Shown here: piece by piece, positions 1-9,245 of the stretch
How positions within the stretch are numbered: position 1 is the stretch's first letter
Layout of the letters: each line of letters starts with the position of its first letter
Origin: Bryobacterales bacterium
Lineage (GTDB): Bacteria > Acidobacteriota > Terriglobia > Bryobacterales > UBA6623
Direction: 5' to 3'
DNA: 64,000 bases
Assembly (NCBI GenBank): GCA_963668345.2
Contig: CAXWPI010000005.1
Location: 95,561-159,560 of the forward strand
Program-made: the position numbers and the translations under genes
Notes under the pieces: generated by a model
Databases searched by the model: none
Told to the model about the DNA's origin: nothing
What the model saw: the letters and a program-made list of their open reading frames with translations, nothing else

Positions 1-948
1 TTGCCGGGCTGCTTCGCTTCCTCGCCCCAGCGCTTGAAGGTGCTTGCCGGCTCACTCGAGAGGTCACCCATCTCCGGCACCGAGGACTGCATCCGGAAAG
101 CCATTTCGAACTGCTCGATTCGCGCCAGTGTTTCCGGGTCGCCGATCTTCTCGTGGCGGATCTGATTCAGCTCGCTGAGTCCGTCGAGCATCTGCCTTCG
201 GACCTGCTTCGAAACACCATCCGGATCCCTGATGTAGAGCACCGGGTCTGCGCCTCCGCGGAGACCTACGCCGGCGTACTTCGGAGACAGGAACCCTGAG
301 CTCCACATCTTTGCGGAAATCGCCTGCACACCGGACTTGGGGTGGCTCTTCTCCGCGTTCATCACGACGAACGTCGGCAGGTCTTGGTTCATACTGCCCA
401 GCCCATAAGCAAGCCACGATCCGATGCACGGCCGCCCGACCACCTGCCGGCCGGTTTGGATGAAGGTAATCGCAGGTTCGTGGTTGATCGCTTCGGTGTG
501 CATCGAGCGGATCACGGCTATGTCGTCGGCCATCTTCGCGGTGTTTGGCAGGATCTCGGAAATCCACGTGCCGCTTTGGCCGTGTTGGTGGAATTGAAAG
601 ACAGACGGCGCGATCGGGAAGCGAGCCTGCCCGGATGTCATGGTCGTCAGACGTTGCCCCTTGCGCACCGATTCCGGAAGATCCTTGTCGTACCAGTCCT
701 TCATCTTGGGTTTGTAGTCGAGCAGATCCATCTGCGGCGGCGCGCCCATCATGTGCAGGTAGATACAGCGCTTGGCCTTCGGGGCGAAGTGAGGCAAGTA
801 CGGCAGGCCGCCGAAAGCTTCGTCACTATTGGGTGCACCGAAACCGCTCTCCGCCAGAAGGTTGGCCAAGGCGATGCCGCCGATACCTTTGGCTCCTCGG
901 GCGAAGAACTGCCGTCTGGTTTCCGCTAGGATCGCTTCTTTGTGCACT
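1..948 (-). CDS. DUF1501 family protein (partial; C-terminus lies beyond window start)
   Basis: Absent from the ORF track because there is no stop inside the window. Manual reverse translation from GTG at 948 gives VHKEAILAETRRQFFARGAKGIGGIALANLLAESGFGAP...CIYLHMMGAPPQMDLLDYKPK...AVIRSMHTEAINHEPA...FVVMN, continuing open to base 1. It has a twin-arginine signal plus DUF1501-type blocks and lies directly downstream of a DUF1549/DUF1553 gene, the usual pairing. The start codon is approximate. Confidence 0.85.
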
Positions 949-950
949 AG

Positions 951-1044
951 AAAAAATCTTAGGGACAGTCCACCGCGCCCCTCGTTACGTTGTGCTCTTC
1001 TCGAGACTGTATTGCACGGCGCTTGGGACAGTCCCCGATTTTTT
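951..1044. repeat. Short interspersed repeat, type E (AAAAAATC..GGGACAGTCC ... GGGACAGTCCCCGATTTTTT)
   Basis: GGGACAGTCC occurs twice, bracketed by inverted AAAAAATC / GATTTTTT ends. The same architecture is found at 54963..55054 and 55928..56022 and as the core of the type C units. Confidence 0.7.
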
Positions 1045-1074
1045 CTTTGTGTGGATGCATTTTGAGCTCCGATG

Positions 1075-4000
1075 CTACTTGTTCAACACCTCGTCCAAAT
1101 TCATCAGTTGGCTGGCCAGCATGGTCCATGCCGCGGACTCCGTCGCGGGCAGCGCCTCATCGAGTGGCGACTCGCCGACGGCAACAAACTTCTTCGCCTC
1201 CTCGGCATTTGCACTGTAAAAACCAAAGAACCCGTCGTAGGTCCGTTTCGCGACCGCGCGTTCCTTTTCGCTGAAGTCACGCGCCAGAAGACGGGTCGTT
1301 ACGTAATCCAGCCGACGGTCGAAGTCGTCTCCGGCCTCGCGCATGGCTCTCTGCGCGAGATAGCGCGACGCTTCGACGAATTGCGTATCGTTCATCGTAA
1401 CGAGCGCTTGCAACGGGGTGTTCGTTCTCTCGCGGCGCACCGTGGCGTGCTCCCGTGTCGGCGCATTGAAGAGCTCCATGGAGGCTGGGGGCGCGGAGCG
1501 CTTCCAGAAGGTATACAGACTGCGTCGATAGAGTTTCGCGCCGGACTCCTGTTTGTAGGCATAGGTGTTGCTGGCGGGCATCGCCACCCTTTCCCAGACT
1601 CCTTGCGGCTGATAGGGCTTCACACTCGGGCCGCCGATCTTGCGGACCAGCAGGCCGCTCGCCGCCAGGGCGTAATCGCGGATCATTTCAGCATCCATGC
1701 GGAAGGCGGCCCCGCGCGAGAGCAGCCGATTCCGTGGGTCTTTGGCGAGCTTTTCCGCGGTCGTTTGCGCCGACTGGCGGTAGGTGGAGGAGGTCACGAG
1801 CGTGCGGAAGAACTGCTTGATATCCCAGCCCGATTCGCGGAACTCGACGGCCAGCCAATCGAGCAGCTCAGGGTGAGACGGCGGCTCCCCTTGGGAGCCG
1901 AAATCGTCGCTGGTCTTTACCAGGCCGGCGCCGAAGACCTCCTGCCAGTAACGATTCACGATCACGCGGCCGGTCAGCGGGTTCGCCTCGTCGACCAACC
2001 ACTTGGCCAGCCCCATGCGGTTGCGCGGCCACGACGCCGGCATGGGATGCAACGCCGAGGGGGTATCGGCCGCCACGCGGTCGCGCGGCTGGTCATACAT
2101 GCCGCGGTAAAGAACGTGAGCCTCGGGATCTTTGTCCGCTATCTCCCGCATTACGTGCGTGACGCCCCCGCGCCGGCGGACCTCCCGCCACTGCCGATCG
2201 AGTTCCCGCTTGCGCGCCACGAGCCCGCGGTAATCTTCGTCCTTGACGCTGAGGTAGTAGAGACGCAGCGCTTCCCGCTGGTCGGCACTTAGTTCTTGAG
2301 GTGCTTTATCTCGCGCGCGTTGGAGCGTAGACCACAGCGAAACAACCTTGGCCTCCTGGACCGTGATCGGGCGATTAAAGACTCGAAAATCCGCTATGCC
2401 CCCGCCCGAGAAGTAGCGAACTTTGGGATCGTCGCGGCCTCCTCTGCCCCTCGTGACTCCCCGACCCAAATAGAGAGGCCGGTTGTTCCGGATACTCCCC
2501 TTTAGCTTTGTGAAAAACTCGCTGCCCTGCTCCTCCACGAGATCACCGTTCGTGTACATGCGCAGGCCGGCCCGCTCGCCGGAGCCGTCATAGGTCACCG
2601 TAAGGTGGGTCCATGCGCCCGCGGGCAGCCGCTTCGTGTTGGCCCGGTTAATGCTGATCTCGGACGGACTTTTTTGCCCCGCCGGTTTTTCGCCGGTCAT
2701 CTTGAAGGCGACTTGCCGCTCGCCGACGGTAATCGACCATCCGCGGAAATCGTCCTCGGGATCGTACTGGCCGGCAATCACGACCGCCCCCACGACCTTG
2801 GGTTGGTAAACCCACAGGGCAATCGAAAAGGGCGTGCCATTGTCGAGACTCAGGGGAGGAAGCTCGGTCCACGATTCTTTCCCGAAGCGCAGCGCCTTCT
2901 GGTTTTCGGCCGGCCCTTCTCCGACACGAAGTCCCTGATGAAGTGTGATTTTCTGCCGGCCTCCTCCTAGGTCGATCGTCGGCTCATCGTCGACGGCAAG
3001 CGTCAGCAGCTCCGCGGACTTTTCGAGGGGCGTCTCGAGAGAACGGTGCTCCCCCCTTGCCAGCCACTCGGAGAACGCTTTGTCGACCGCCGCGGCGTTG
3101 CTTGCCATCCGCGCTTCGGTTTCCGCCGCCTCCCGGCGGATCTCATGCCAGCGGCCGCGGTCTTTATCGCTGGGTACAACCAGGATGGGCGGCGGGTCCG
3201 ATAGGTTGCCGTCCATCACGTACTGCGTCGTGTTCCTAAAAAACGCCGTCAAGGAATAGAACTCGCGCTGTCGAATGGGGTCGAACTTGTGATCGTGGCA
3301 AGTGGCGCATCCGACCGTAAGCCCCAAAAAGACGATGCCCGTGGTATCGACTCGGTCCTTGGCGTAGATGGCTTCGTATTCCTCCGGGATGACACCGCCT
3401 TCGTTGGTCGTGATATTGCAGCGATGAAAACCGGTGGCCACGAGCTGATCGAGGGTCGGGTTGGGCAGCAAGTCGCCGGCGATCTGTTCGACGGTAAACT
3501 CGTCAAACGGTTTGTTGTCGTTGAAAGCCCGGATCACCCAGTCGCGGTAGGGCCACATCTCGCGATAGTTGTCGATGTGGATGCCGTGGGTGTCCCCGTA
3601 ACGCGCGGCGTCAAGCCAATAACGGGCGCGGTGTTCGCCCCAGTGTTTCGAGTCGAGCAGCCTGTCGACCAGCTTTTCATAAGCTTGCTCCGAGGTGTCG
3701 GGCAAGAAGCTTGCCAGGATGCCGGGGTCGGGGGGCAATCCCGTTATATCGAGCGCCACACGGCGGGCGAGAGTGCGTTTGTCGGCTTCGTGAGCGGGCG
3801 TAAGACCTTCCTTCTCGAGCCGCGCGAGGATAAAGCGGTCCAGCGGGCTGCGAACCCAGGCTTCGTTCTTCACGGCGGGAGGTCCGGGGCGCTTGATCGC
3901 TTGGAACGACCAGTGCTGATCCCACGAAGCGCCCTGTTCTATCCAACTCTTGAGAATCTCGACCTGTGCCTTCGTCAGCTCCTTTCTGGAATAAGCCGGC

Positions 4001-4314
4001 GGCATCCGCAACACCTCGTTCTCGTGAATGATGCGCTTGTAAAGCAGGCTGGCATCCAAGGCGCCCGGAACGACGGGCCTTCCGTTTTCACGCTGCGCGA
4101 AAGCTCCCTCGCGTGTATCGAGACGCAAGTCCGCCATGCGGGTCTTGGCGTCCGGTCCGTGGCAGGCGAAACAGTTATCGGAAAGGATCGGCCGTACCTG
4201 GCGCTGGAAGTCGACCGGATCGATCGACGCCGCCCGGGATGGAGCGCCGGCAAACAGCGTCACCAGCACGAAGCCCGTGGCCAAGCCGTGAAGTGGAAAA
4301 CGAACCCTACGCAT
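1075..4314 (-). CDS. PSCyt1/DUF1549/LamG-like/DUF1553 multidomain protein (planctomycete-type cytochrome c family)
   Basis: 1079-aa ORF with an N-terminal signal peptide and CFACHGPD (CxxCH) followed by LRLD. It carries a DUF1549-like block, a central LamG-like segment (WTHLTVTYDGSGERAGLRMYTNGDLV) and a C-terminal DUF1553-like block. Confidence 0.9.
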   Translation of the reverse strand: MRRVRFPLHGLATGFVLVTLFAGAPSRAASIDPVDFQRQVRPILSDNCFACHGPDAKTRMADLRLDTREGAFAQRENGRPVVPGALDASLLYKRIIHENEVLRMPPAYSRKELTKAQVEILKSWIEQGASWDQHWSFQAIKRPGPPAVKNEAWVRSPLDRFILARLEKEGLTPAHEADKRTLARRVALDITGLPPDPGILASFLPDTSEQAYEKLVDRLLDSKHWGEHRARYWLDAARYGDTHGIHIDNYREMWPYRDWVIRAFNDNKPFDEFTVEQIAGDLLPNPTLDQLVATGFHRCNITTNEGGVIPEEYEAIYAKDRVDTTGIVFLGLTVGCATCHDHKFDPIRQREFYSLTAFFRNTTQYVMDGNLSDPPPILVVPSDKDRGRWHEIRREAAETEARMASNAAAVDKAFSEWLARGEHRSLETPLEKSAELLTLAVDDEPTIDLGGGRQKITLHQGLRVGEGPAENQKALRFGKESWTELPPLSLDNGTPFSIALWVYQPKVVGAVVIAGQYDPEDDFRGWSITVGERQVAFKMTGEKPAGQKSPSEISINRANTKRLPAGAWTHLTVTYDGSGERAGLRMYTNGDLVEEQGSEFFTKLKGSIRNNRPLYLGRGVTRGRGGRDDPKVRYFSGGGIADFRVFNRPITVQEAKVVSLWSTLQRARDKAPQELSADQREALRLYYLSVKDEDYRGLVARKRELDRQWREVRRRGGVTHVMREIADKDPEAHVLYRGMYDQPRDRVAADTPSALHPMPASWPRNRMGLAKWLVDEANPLTGRVIVNRYWQEVFGAGLVKTSDDFGSQGEPPSHPELLDWLAVEFRESGWDIKQFFRTLVTSSTYRQSAQTTAEKLAKDPRNRLLSRGAAFRMDAEMIRDYALAASGLLVRKIGGPSVKPYQPQGVWERVAMPASNTYAYKQESGAKLYRRSLYTFWKRSAPPASMELFNAPTREHATVRRERTNTPLQALVTMNDTQFVEASRYLAQRAMREAGDDFDRRLDYVTTRLLARDFSEKERAVAKRTYDGFFGFYSANAEEAKKFVAVGESPLDEALPATESAAWTMLASQLMNLDEVLNK

Positions 4315-4498
4315 GGAGCTGCCCTCCCAAACAAGAATCTATAGGCAATCGACTCGGCGCGTCAACCACTCGGAATCGCGAACCTGGTTAGCCTGCCGCG
4401 ACCAACCCGGAGCGACGGCTCGGTCATACCCGAACAAGCTGCGATCCCTGAGGTCGGGACCCTTACGAACGCCGCGGCGCCAGCCTCTCTATCCAATA

Positions 4499-4936
4499 TT
4501 ATCGCGTCCTTAGCCGTCCAACACCATCATTCATTCTAATGATTCTAATCACGCGCAAACCAAATCCGACACCCGCCGGCAGGCCTGCCGCCCATCCAAC
4601 GAACACGCGGGCCAAAGTAGCAGCGATATCCTTGGCCAGGACGTGGCTGACGAGGCCGGCGCCTTCGACAACCATCCGCGGCGAGGGGAACTTGATCGGC
4701 CGCACCAGACTGAACCCACCCTCGGTTGCGGCGAACCACGTCAAAAGGACCAGGGCCACGGAGATGAAGCCGAGATACTTGCCTTGCCTGCACGGGCTTT
4801 TTGTCGCCGTCGGCTCCGTCGGCAAGGGATCGCCGCCCGTTTCGGGGATCGGATCTCTCGGCGGTGAATCCGAAGTCGTACCAGGTTTTCCGGGGCGCAT
4901 GGCGCGGTTCCCTAGGGTGCGCGACGTGTATCCCAT
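4499..4936 (-). pseudogene. N-terminal remnant of an ABC transporter permease (SsuC/TauC-like)
   Basis: The ORF segment GFISVALVLLTWFAATEGGFSLVRPIKFPSPRMVVEGAGLVSHVLAKDIAATLARVFVGWAAGLPAGVGFGL resembles the first about 95 aa of nitrate/sulfonate-type permeases. It then runs into an AT-rich stretch (IRIIRMNDG...) and stops, and the EAA-loop half is missing. Confidence 0.4.
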
Positions 4937-4963
4937 GCAGGACGGAATTCCGAATCGGAATCC

Positions 4964-4984
4964 CTAGCCCAGAATGCGGGCTAG
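4964..4984. repeat. Solo terminus of the type B repeat (CTAGCCCAGAATGCGGGCTAG)
   Basis: Matches the AGAAATGCGGGC-TA end of the 194-bp type B units and is flanked by TA on both sides. Confidence 0.5.
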
Positions 4985-5387
4985 CTTCGCCTAACAAACA
5001 GCAAAACCAACAACGAGACCACAAAAATCGCCGCTATGGCAAAGGCCGCGGGAGCCGGGAGCCAGTGTCGGGGCCGCTCGCTCCGGCCTTTTTCTATTCG
5101 TCCGTTTACACTTGGACCGCTCCTAGGCGCCGGGGATCTCTCTGATCCTTCGCCAGCACTTTCGCGGTCAGCCATCGCTTCACCTGTCGCATTGTACAGC
5201 GTCGGTTCGAGCGCCGGCGTCGGCAGAGTGCCGAGTTTCCGCGATACGCCTTGGTCTTCGTCAGGCGAAAAAAATTCAGCGGTGAATGAACGGGTGTTCC
5301 CATTTCATGGATGCGGTTTGATATGCTCTGGCGGCCCGTGGTAAAAGTTAGGTTCTCACCGCCGAGGTCTTCGAGCGGCGCCGGACC

Positions 5388-6296
5388 ATGATGGATCCCC
5401 AGCAACTTGGCAAGCAATTCGTCGGCCCCATCGCCTTCCCGATAACCCCCTTCCGTCAGGACCTCTCGCTGGACGTCGACGGCCTGCGGGCCAACGTCGC
5501 CGCCATCGCCAAGCTCCCGATGTGCGCGCTCGTCGCCGCCGGCAGCCTCGGGGAGATGTACTCGCTTAGCCTGGAAGAGTATCGGCAGGTGGTTGAAGCG
5601 ACAGTTCAGGCGGTCGGCGACGGGCCCCCGGTGCTGGCCGGCGTCGGTTTCGGAGAGCGGTTGGCCGTCGAGATGGCTCGCCAAGCGCGGGCCGCCGGAG
5701 CGAGCGGCATCTTGTGCTTCCCTCCCTACTACGTCGACGCCCACCCGGAAGGGTTGCTCCACTACTACAAGACGATCGCGGAAACGACGGAGTTGGGCAT
5801 TGTGATCTACAGCCGCGACTGGGCTGCGTTCACCCCCAGCGAAGTCTTCCGGCTGGCCGAAGCCATTCCCAACCTTATTGCCTGGAAGGAAGGCCACGGC
5901 GACCTGCGACGCTTGCAGATGATCATGGAACGGGTCGGCGGCCGCCTCCATTGGATCGGTGGGGCGGGGGACGACATGGTTCGCGCCTACTACTCGCTCG
6001 GCATCCGGACTTACACGTCGAGCATTGCCAACTTTGCTCCCCGCCTCTCCCTACAGCTCCACGAGCGCGCGTCGATGCTCGATCAGGCCAGCCTGTCGAG
6101 GCTGATGACGAACTATGTATTGCCGCTATACGGTCTCCGCGCTCGGCGCAAAGGCTACGAAGTGGCGGTCATCAAGACCGCCCTGCAGATCCTTGGGAAG
6201 CCTGCCGGACCGGTCCGGCCTCCCCTGGTCAACCTGCGCCCCGAAGAAGTTGCGGAACTTGAAAAACTGATCGAGCGTTACCAACCCGTGCTCTAG
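5388..6296 (+). CDS. DapA/DHDPS-family lyase, 5-dehydro-4-deoxyglucarate dehydratase (KdgD)-like
   Basis: 302-aa ORF with PITPF near the N-terminus, GSLGEMYSLS, and IAWKEGHGD containing the candidate Schiff-base Lys. Overall it resembles the KdgD branch of class I aldolases. Confidence 0.8.
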   Translation: MMDPQQLGKQFVGPIAFPITPFRQDLSLDVDGLRANVAAIAKLPMCALVAAGSLGEMYSLSLEEYRQVVEATVQAVGDGPPVLAGVGFGERLAVEMARQARAAGASGILCFPPYYVDAHPEGLLHYYKTIAETTELGIVIYSRDWAAFTPSEVFRLAEAIPNLIAWKEGHGDLRRLQMIMERVGGRLHWIGGAGDDMVRAYYSLGIRTYTSSIANFAPRLSLQLHERASMLDQASLSRLMTNYVLPLYGLRARRKGYEVAVIKTALQILGKPAGPVRPPLVNLRPEEVAELEKLIERYQPVL

Positions 6297-6365
6297 CTTT
6301 TCTCACCAGGCGGCGTGGGGAAGTGCCCCTGATTCCGCCCAGAGGTTTCCCGCCAATCTTGGGGC

Positions 6366-8630
6366 TTACCGGCGGCTCAACCGTTCCGGCTCTACCGCTA
6401 GGGATAGCGACATGGATGCCCAGCTCGTTCCCGAGGCGGAAATCCACTGGTCATGGCCGTAAGGGAACCCGCTTTCAAAATACGGCTGCACCGGGAACGA
6501 CCGTGTCTTCACATGCCACGATCCATCCGGCGCTTGCGTTCGTAAAAGGTAGCGCACACCCCTCTGGTAAACGTCATCCGTGGTCTTCATCTTGCCCGCC
6601 AGGTGGAGCGCATAGAGGGCTTCGCCGGTGGCGTAAGCGTCGCTGCCCATCGTGGGTAGCTGCGACCAACCGCCATCATCGCGTTGCTTTCTTGCTAGAC
6701 CGTGGGCCGACTTTTTGATCGCGGCCTCGTCGCCTCCCGCCCACTTCAGCCCGAGCAGGTGGAAGGCTCGTTCCTGCGTCGTCACGGGCTGTGCGGAATC
6801 GAGCCATGCAGCGGCTCGGGCCAGACGTTCTTCTGTATCCCTCTTCTCCGCGGGGGGCGAATAATGTTGCAGGGCTTTGATCACCATCGCGGTGGTGATG
6901 TAGGCGTCATAGGTCAGCGGAGGACGGTTGCCCGTGGTCGCCCAGTGCCCTTCGGGCGACTGGTGCAGCTTGAGGTAGTGCACCAGAGAGTCGGTGTATT
7001 CGTCGGCCGGCCTGCGGTTGGCCGCGAAGCCGAACATCTCATAGCCGACGCTGTTGGGACTGAACGCCGCCATGTTCATCGTGCGTTCGGGGCTTTTTTC
7101 GAGCAGCCCCAAAGGAATCTGCGTCAGCTCTTTGGGAGCTGGAATGCCGCGCTCACGCGCCAAAGCCACGGCCGCGGAAGGCAGGTACTGGTTGTGGCAG
7201 GAGTTGCAGCCTCCCTTCCTGACAAACTGTGGGCTTTGTTTCTCGAGCAGCCCGATGGCCTTTTTGACGGCGTCGGGGATGGATTGCTCGCCGGAAGAAG
7301 GAGGTGCGTCGACGGCAATGCCTCCGCTCAAGCGCAGCTTCTCTGAAACACCTAACAGGCGGGCCACCTCGTTGTCGCCGCGCTTACCTGCGAGAGTCCG
7401 AGGAGTTTCACCCTCTCCGCTGACTTCGGTGTCGGCGCCCCTGTCGAGCAGCGTCCTCACGATCCCGGCGGACATCGCCTCCGAGTACGCGGCCCACATC
7501 AAGGGCGAATAGCCTCGGTAGTCCTGCCCGTCCGGCTCGGCCCCCTGCTCCAGCAAAACGTTGACAATGTCCTCCGCTCCCTGCTGAGCGGCCATGGCAA
7601 GGGCGGTCTGATTGCGCTTCGTCCGAGTCTTGACGTCAGCACCGTTCTCGAGCAACAAGTGGACAGCCTCGAGGCTGCGGCTGCGGGCCGCGTCCAGCAG
7701 TGCCCCAGCGCCGCTGCTGCTAAGGGCCGTTGCGTCGGCCTTTTTGGCGAGCAACAGCTTCATCGCCGCCACATCTCCGTCGCGCGCGGCGGCCATCAGC
7801 GGCGTTCGTCCGTTCATGGTGGCGATATTGGGATCGGCTCCTTTATCCAGAAGCACCCGTAGGACCGAGTGGCTGTCGCGGCGGCGGGAAGCGAGGTACA
7901 GCGGCGTGCTGCCGTCCTGCGTCTTGCTGTTGATTTCCGCGCCGCCTTCCAACAGCAGGCGCGTCTTTTCGCCGCTCCGCACGGCCCAGTGCAGGGGCGT
8001 CCCTTCGAGGCGGTTCTTGGCGTTGACATCCGCGCCGTTGTCCAGCAAGAGTTTCATCGTCTCGATGTCCCCGAAGCCGGCGGCATGATGAAGCGGCGTC
8101 GAGTCGCTGTGGTCTCTCCCTTTGAGTAGCTCGGGATCGTCGCGTAGAAGCTTTTTCACGGCCGCGGACTTTTGGCCCCGCACGACCGCAATCAGTGCCT
8201 TGAGCTTTGGATCGAGGGGCTTTTGAAGCTCCCGCGGTTCAAGCTCGATATCACCCCATTCCGCGCCTTGATCGATCCACGCGCGCAGGATTCCGATGTC
8301 TTCCGCCGCCAACGGACCGGTCGGCGGCATTTGCATCCCACCGTCTCCGCTCACCAGCCGCAGGATCAGCTTGCTGTCGGCGCTTTTGCCCGCAATGATG
8401 ACCGGACCGTAGTCGCCACCCCGCAACGCATTCTGCCGCTTGTCGAGGCGAAGTCCCGACTGTTGCTGTTTGGTGCCGTGGCAGGCGTGACAATTTTTGG
8501 CCAAAATCGGCTTCACGTGTTGATCAAAGTCCACCTGGATGTCGGCGGCGGGTGGTAGCTCGCTGCCAACGAGCGCCATCAGCGGCAGGCCTAGGTAGAA
8601 CAGAAGTGCGGCTCCGGTTGCTCTCATCAT
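6366..8630 (-). CDS. Secreted cytochrome c / ankyrin-repeat / terpenoid-cyclase-like (prenyltransferase alpha-alpha toroid) fusion protein
   Basis: The track ORF runs to 8819. ATG at 8630 is preferred because AAGGA lies just upstream and MMRATGAALLFYLGLPLMALVG is a signal peptide. The protein has NCHACHG in a PSCyt1-like heme domain and about 8-9 ankyrin repeats (TPLHxA, GADVNAK). A second CNSCH is followed by repeated Q..DG.W motifs (QSPEGHW, QRDDGGW, QAPDGSW). Confidence 0.8.
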   Translation of the reverse strand: MMRATGAALLFYLGLPLMALVGSELPPAADIQVDFDQHVKPILAKNCHACHGTKQQQSGLRLDKRQNALRGGDYGPVIIAGKSADSKLILRLVSGDGGMQMPPTGPLAAEDIGILRAWIDQGAEWGDIELEPRELQKPLDPKLKALIAVVRGQKSAAVKKLLRDDPELLKGRDHSDSTPLHHAAGFGDIETMKLLLDNGADVNAKNRLEGTPLHWAVRSGEKTRLLLEGGAEINSKTQDGSTPLYLASRRRDSHSVLRVLLDKGADPNIATMNGRTPLMAAARDGDVAAMKLLLAKKADATALSSSGAGALLDAARSRSLEAVHLLLENGADVKTRTKRNQTALAMAAQQGAEDIVNVLLEQGAEPDGQDYRGYSPLMWAAYSEAMSAGIVRTLLDRGADTEVSGEGETPRTLAGKRGDNEVARLLGVSEKLRLSGGIAVDAPPSSGEQSIPDAVKKAIGLLEKQSPQFVRKGGCNSCHNQYLPSAAVALARERGIPAPKELTQIPLGLLEKSPERTMNMAAFSPNSVGYEMFGFAANRRPADEYTDSLVHYLKLHQSPEGHWATTGNRPPLTYDAYITTAMVIKALQHYSPPAEKRDTEERLARAAAWLDSAQPVTTQERAFHLLGLKWAGGDEAAIKKSAHGLARKQRDDGGWSQLPTMGSDAYATGEALYALHLAGKMKTTDDVYQRGVRYLLRTQAPDGSWHVKTRSFPVQPYFESGFPYGHDQWISASGTSWASMSLSLAVEPERLSRR

Positions 8631-9245
8631 CCGATCCTTTCCCGCAGCGTTTCGCGACTGGTGTTGCCGTCTGGCTCCGTGCTCGTCGGAGGTTTCCGAC
8701 TTCGGGTTCGTGCTTGCGTCATTGTACTCGCGCATCGCGCGGGGCACAACAGTTTTCGTTAAGACTCTTCCGACGCATGAGTAGCGAGGACGAATGTCCG
8801 GTGATGGGCTCAAACGCAATGGTGAATGATGCAGGTGGCAATGGATGACTTGAGAGAACTATGTTCAAGACGGAGTAACAATAAGATCCCCCGCGTGCCT
8901 GACCCAACTCAAATATGGGCGCTACCGCGGCTTTGTTGTACCCAACCCAAATTTCGTGACGCCACCACCCTGTTCTTCATGGTTGAAACCAGGCCCGAGG
9001 CGCTTCGGCTACCGAGGTTGTAGCGCGGCTGGGCCGTCGTTTGGCCCAGACCTGCCGCCTTTTCTCACCCCTCGCCTGGGCGAAGGATGCCACCGCGCAA
9101 TCCCGGCACGAGTGAGTCTGGTTGCGCAAATCGGACCTTTCGTCCCTATAGTCTTAGGACTAATGGATCAGTCCGGCGTAGGTGAATTCCCGAATGTCCT
9201 AACGCCAAGCTTTCTGATATTCTCGATAGGGAGAAGGGAAAACTC

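Noticed and set aside
1072-2292. 406-aa plus-strand ORF, with similar ORFs at 3289..4344 and 342..929
   Set aside because: It is antisense to well-supported genes (DUF1553, DUF1501). The composition is Arg/Gly/Ala-rich, as expected for out-of-frame reading of high-GC coding DNA, and I recognise no motifs.
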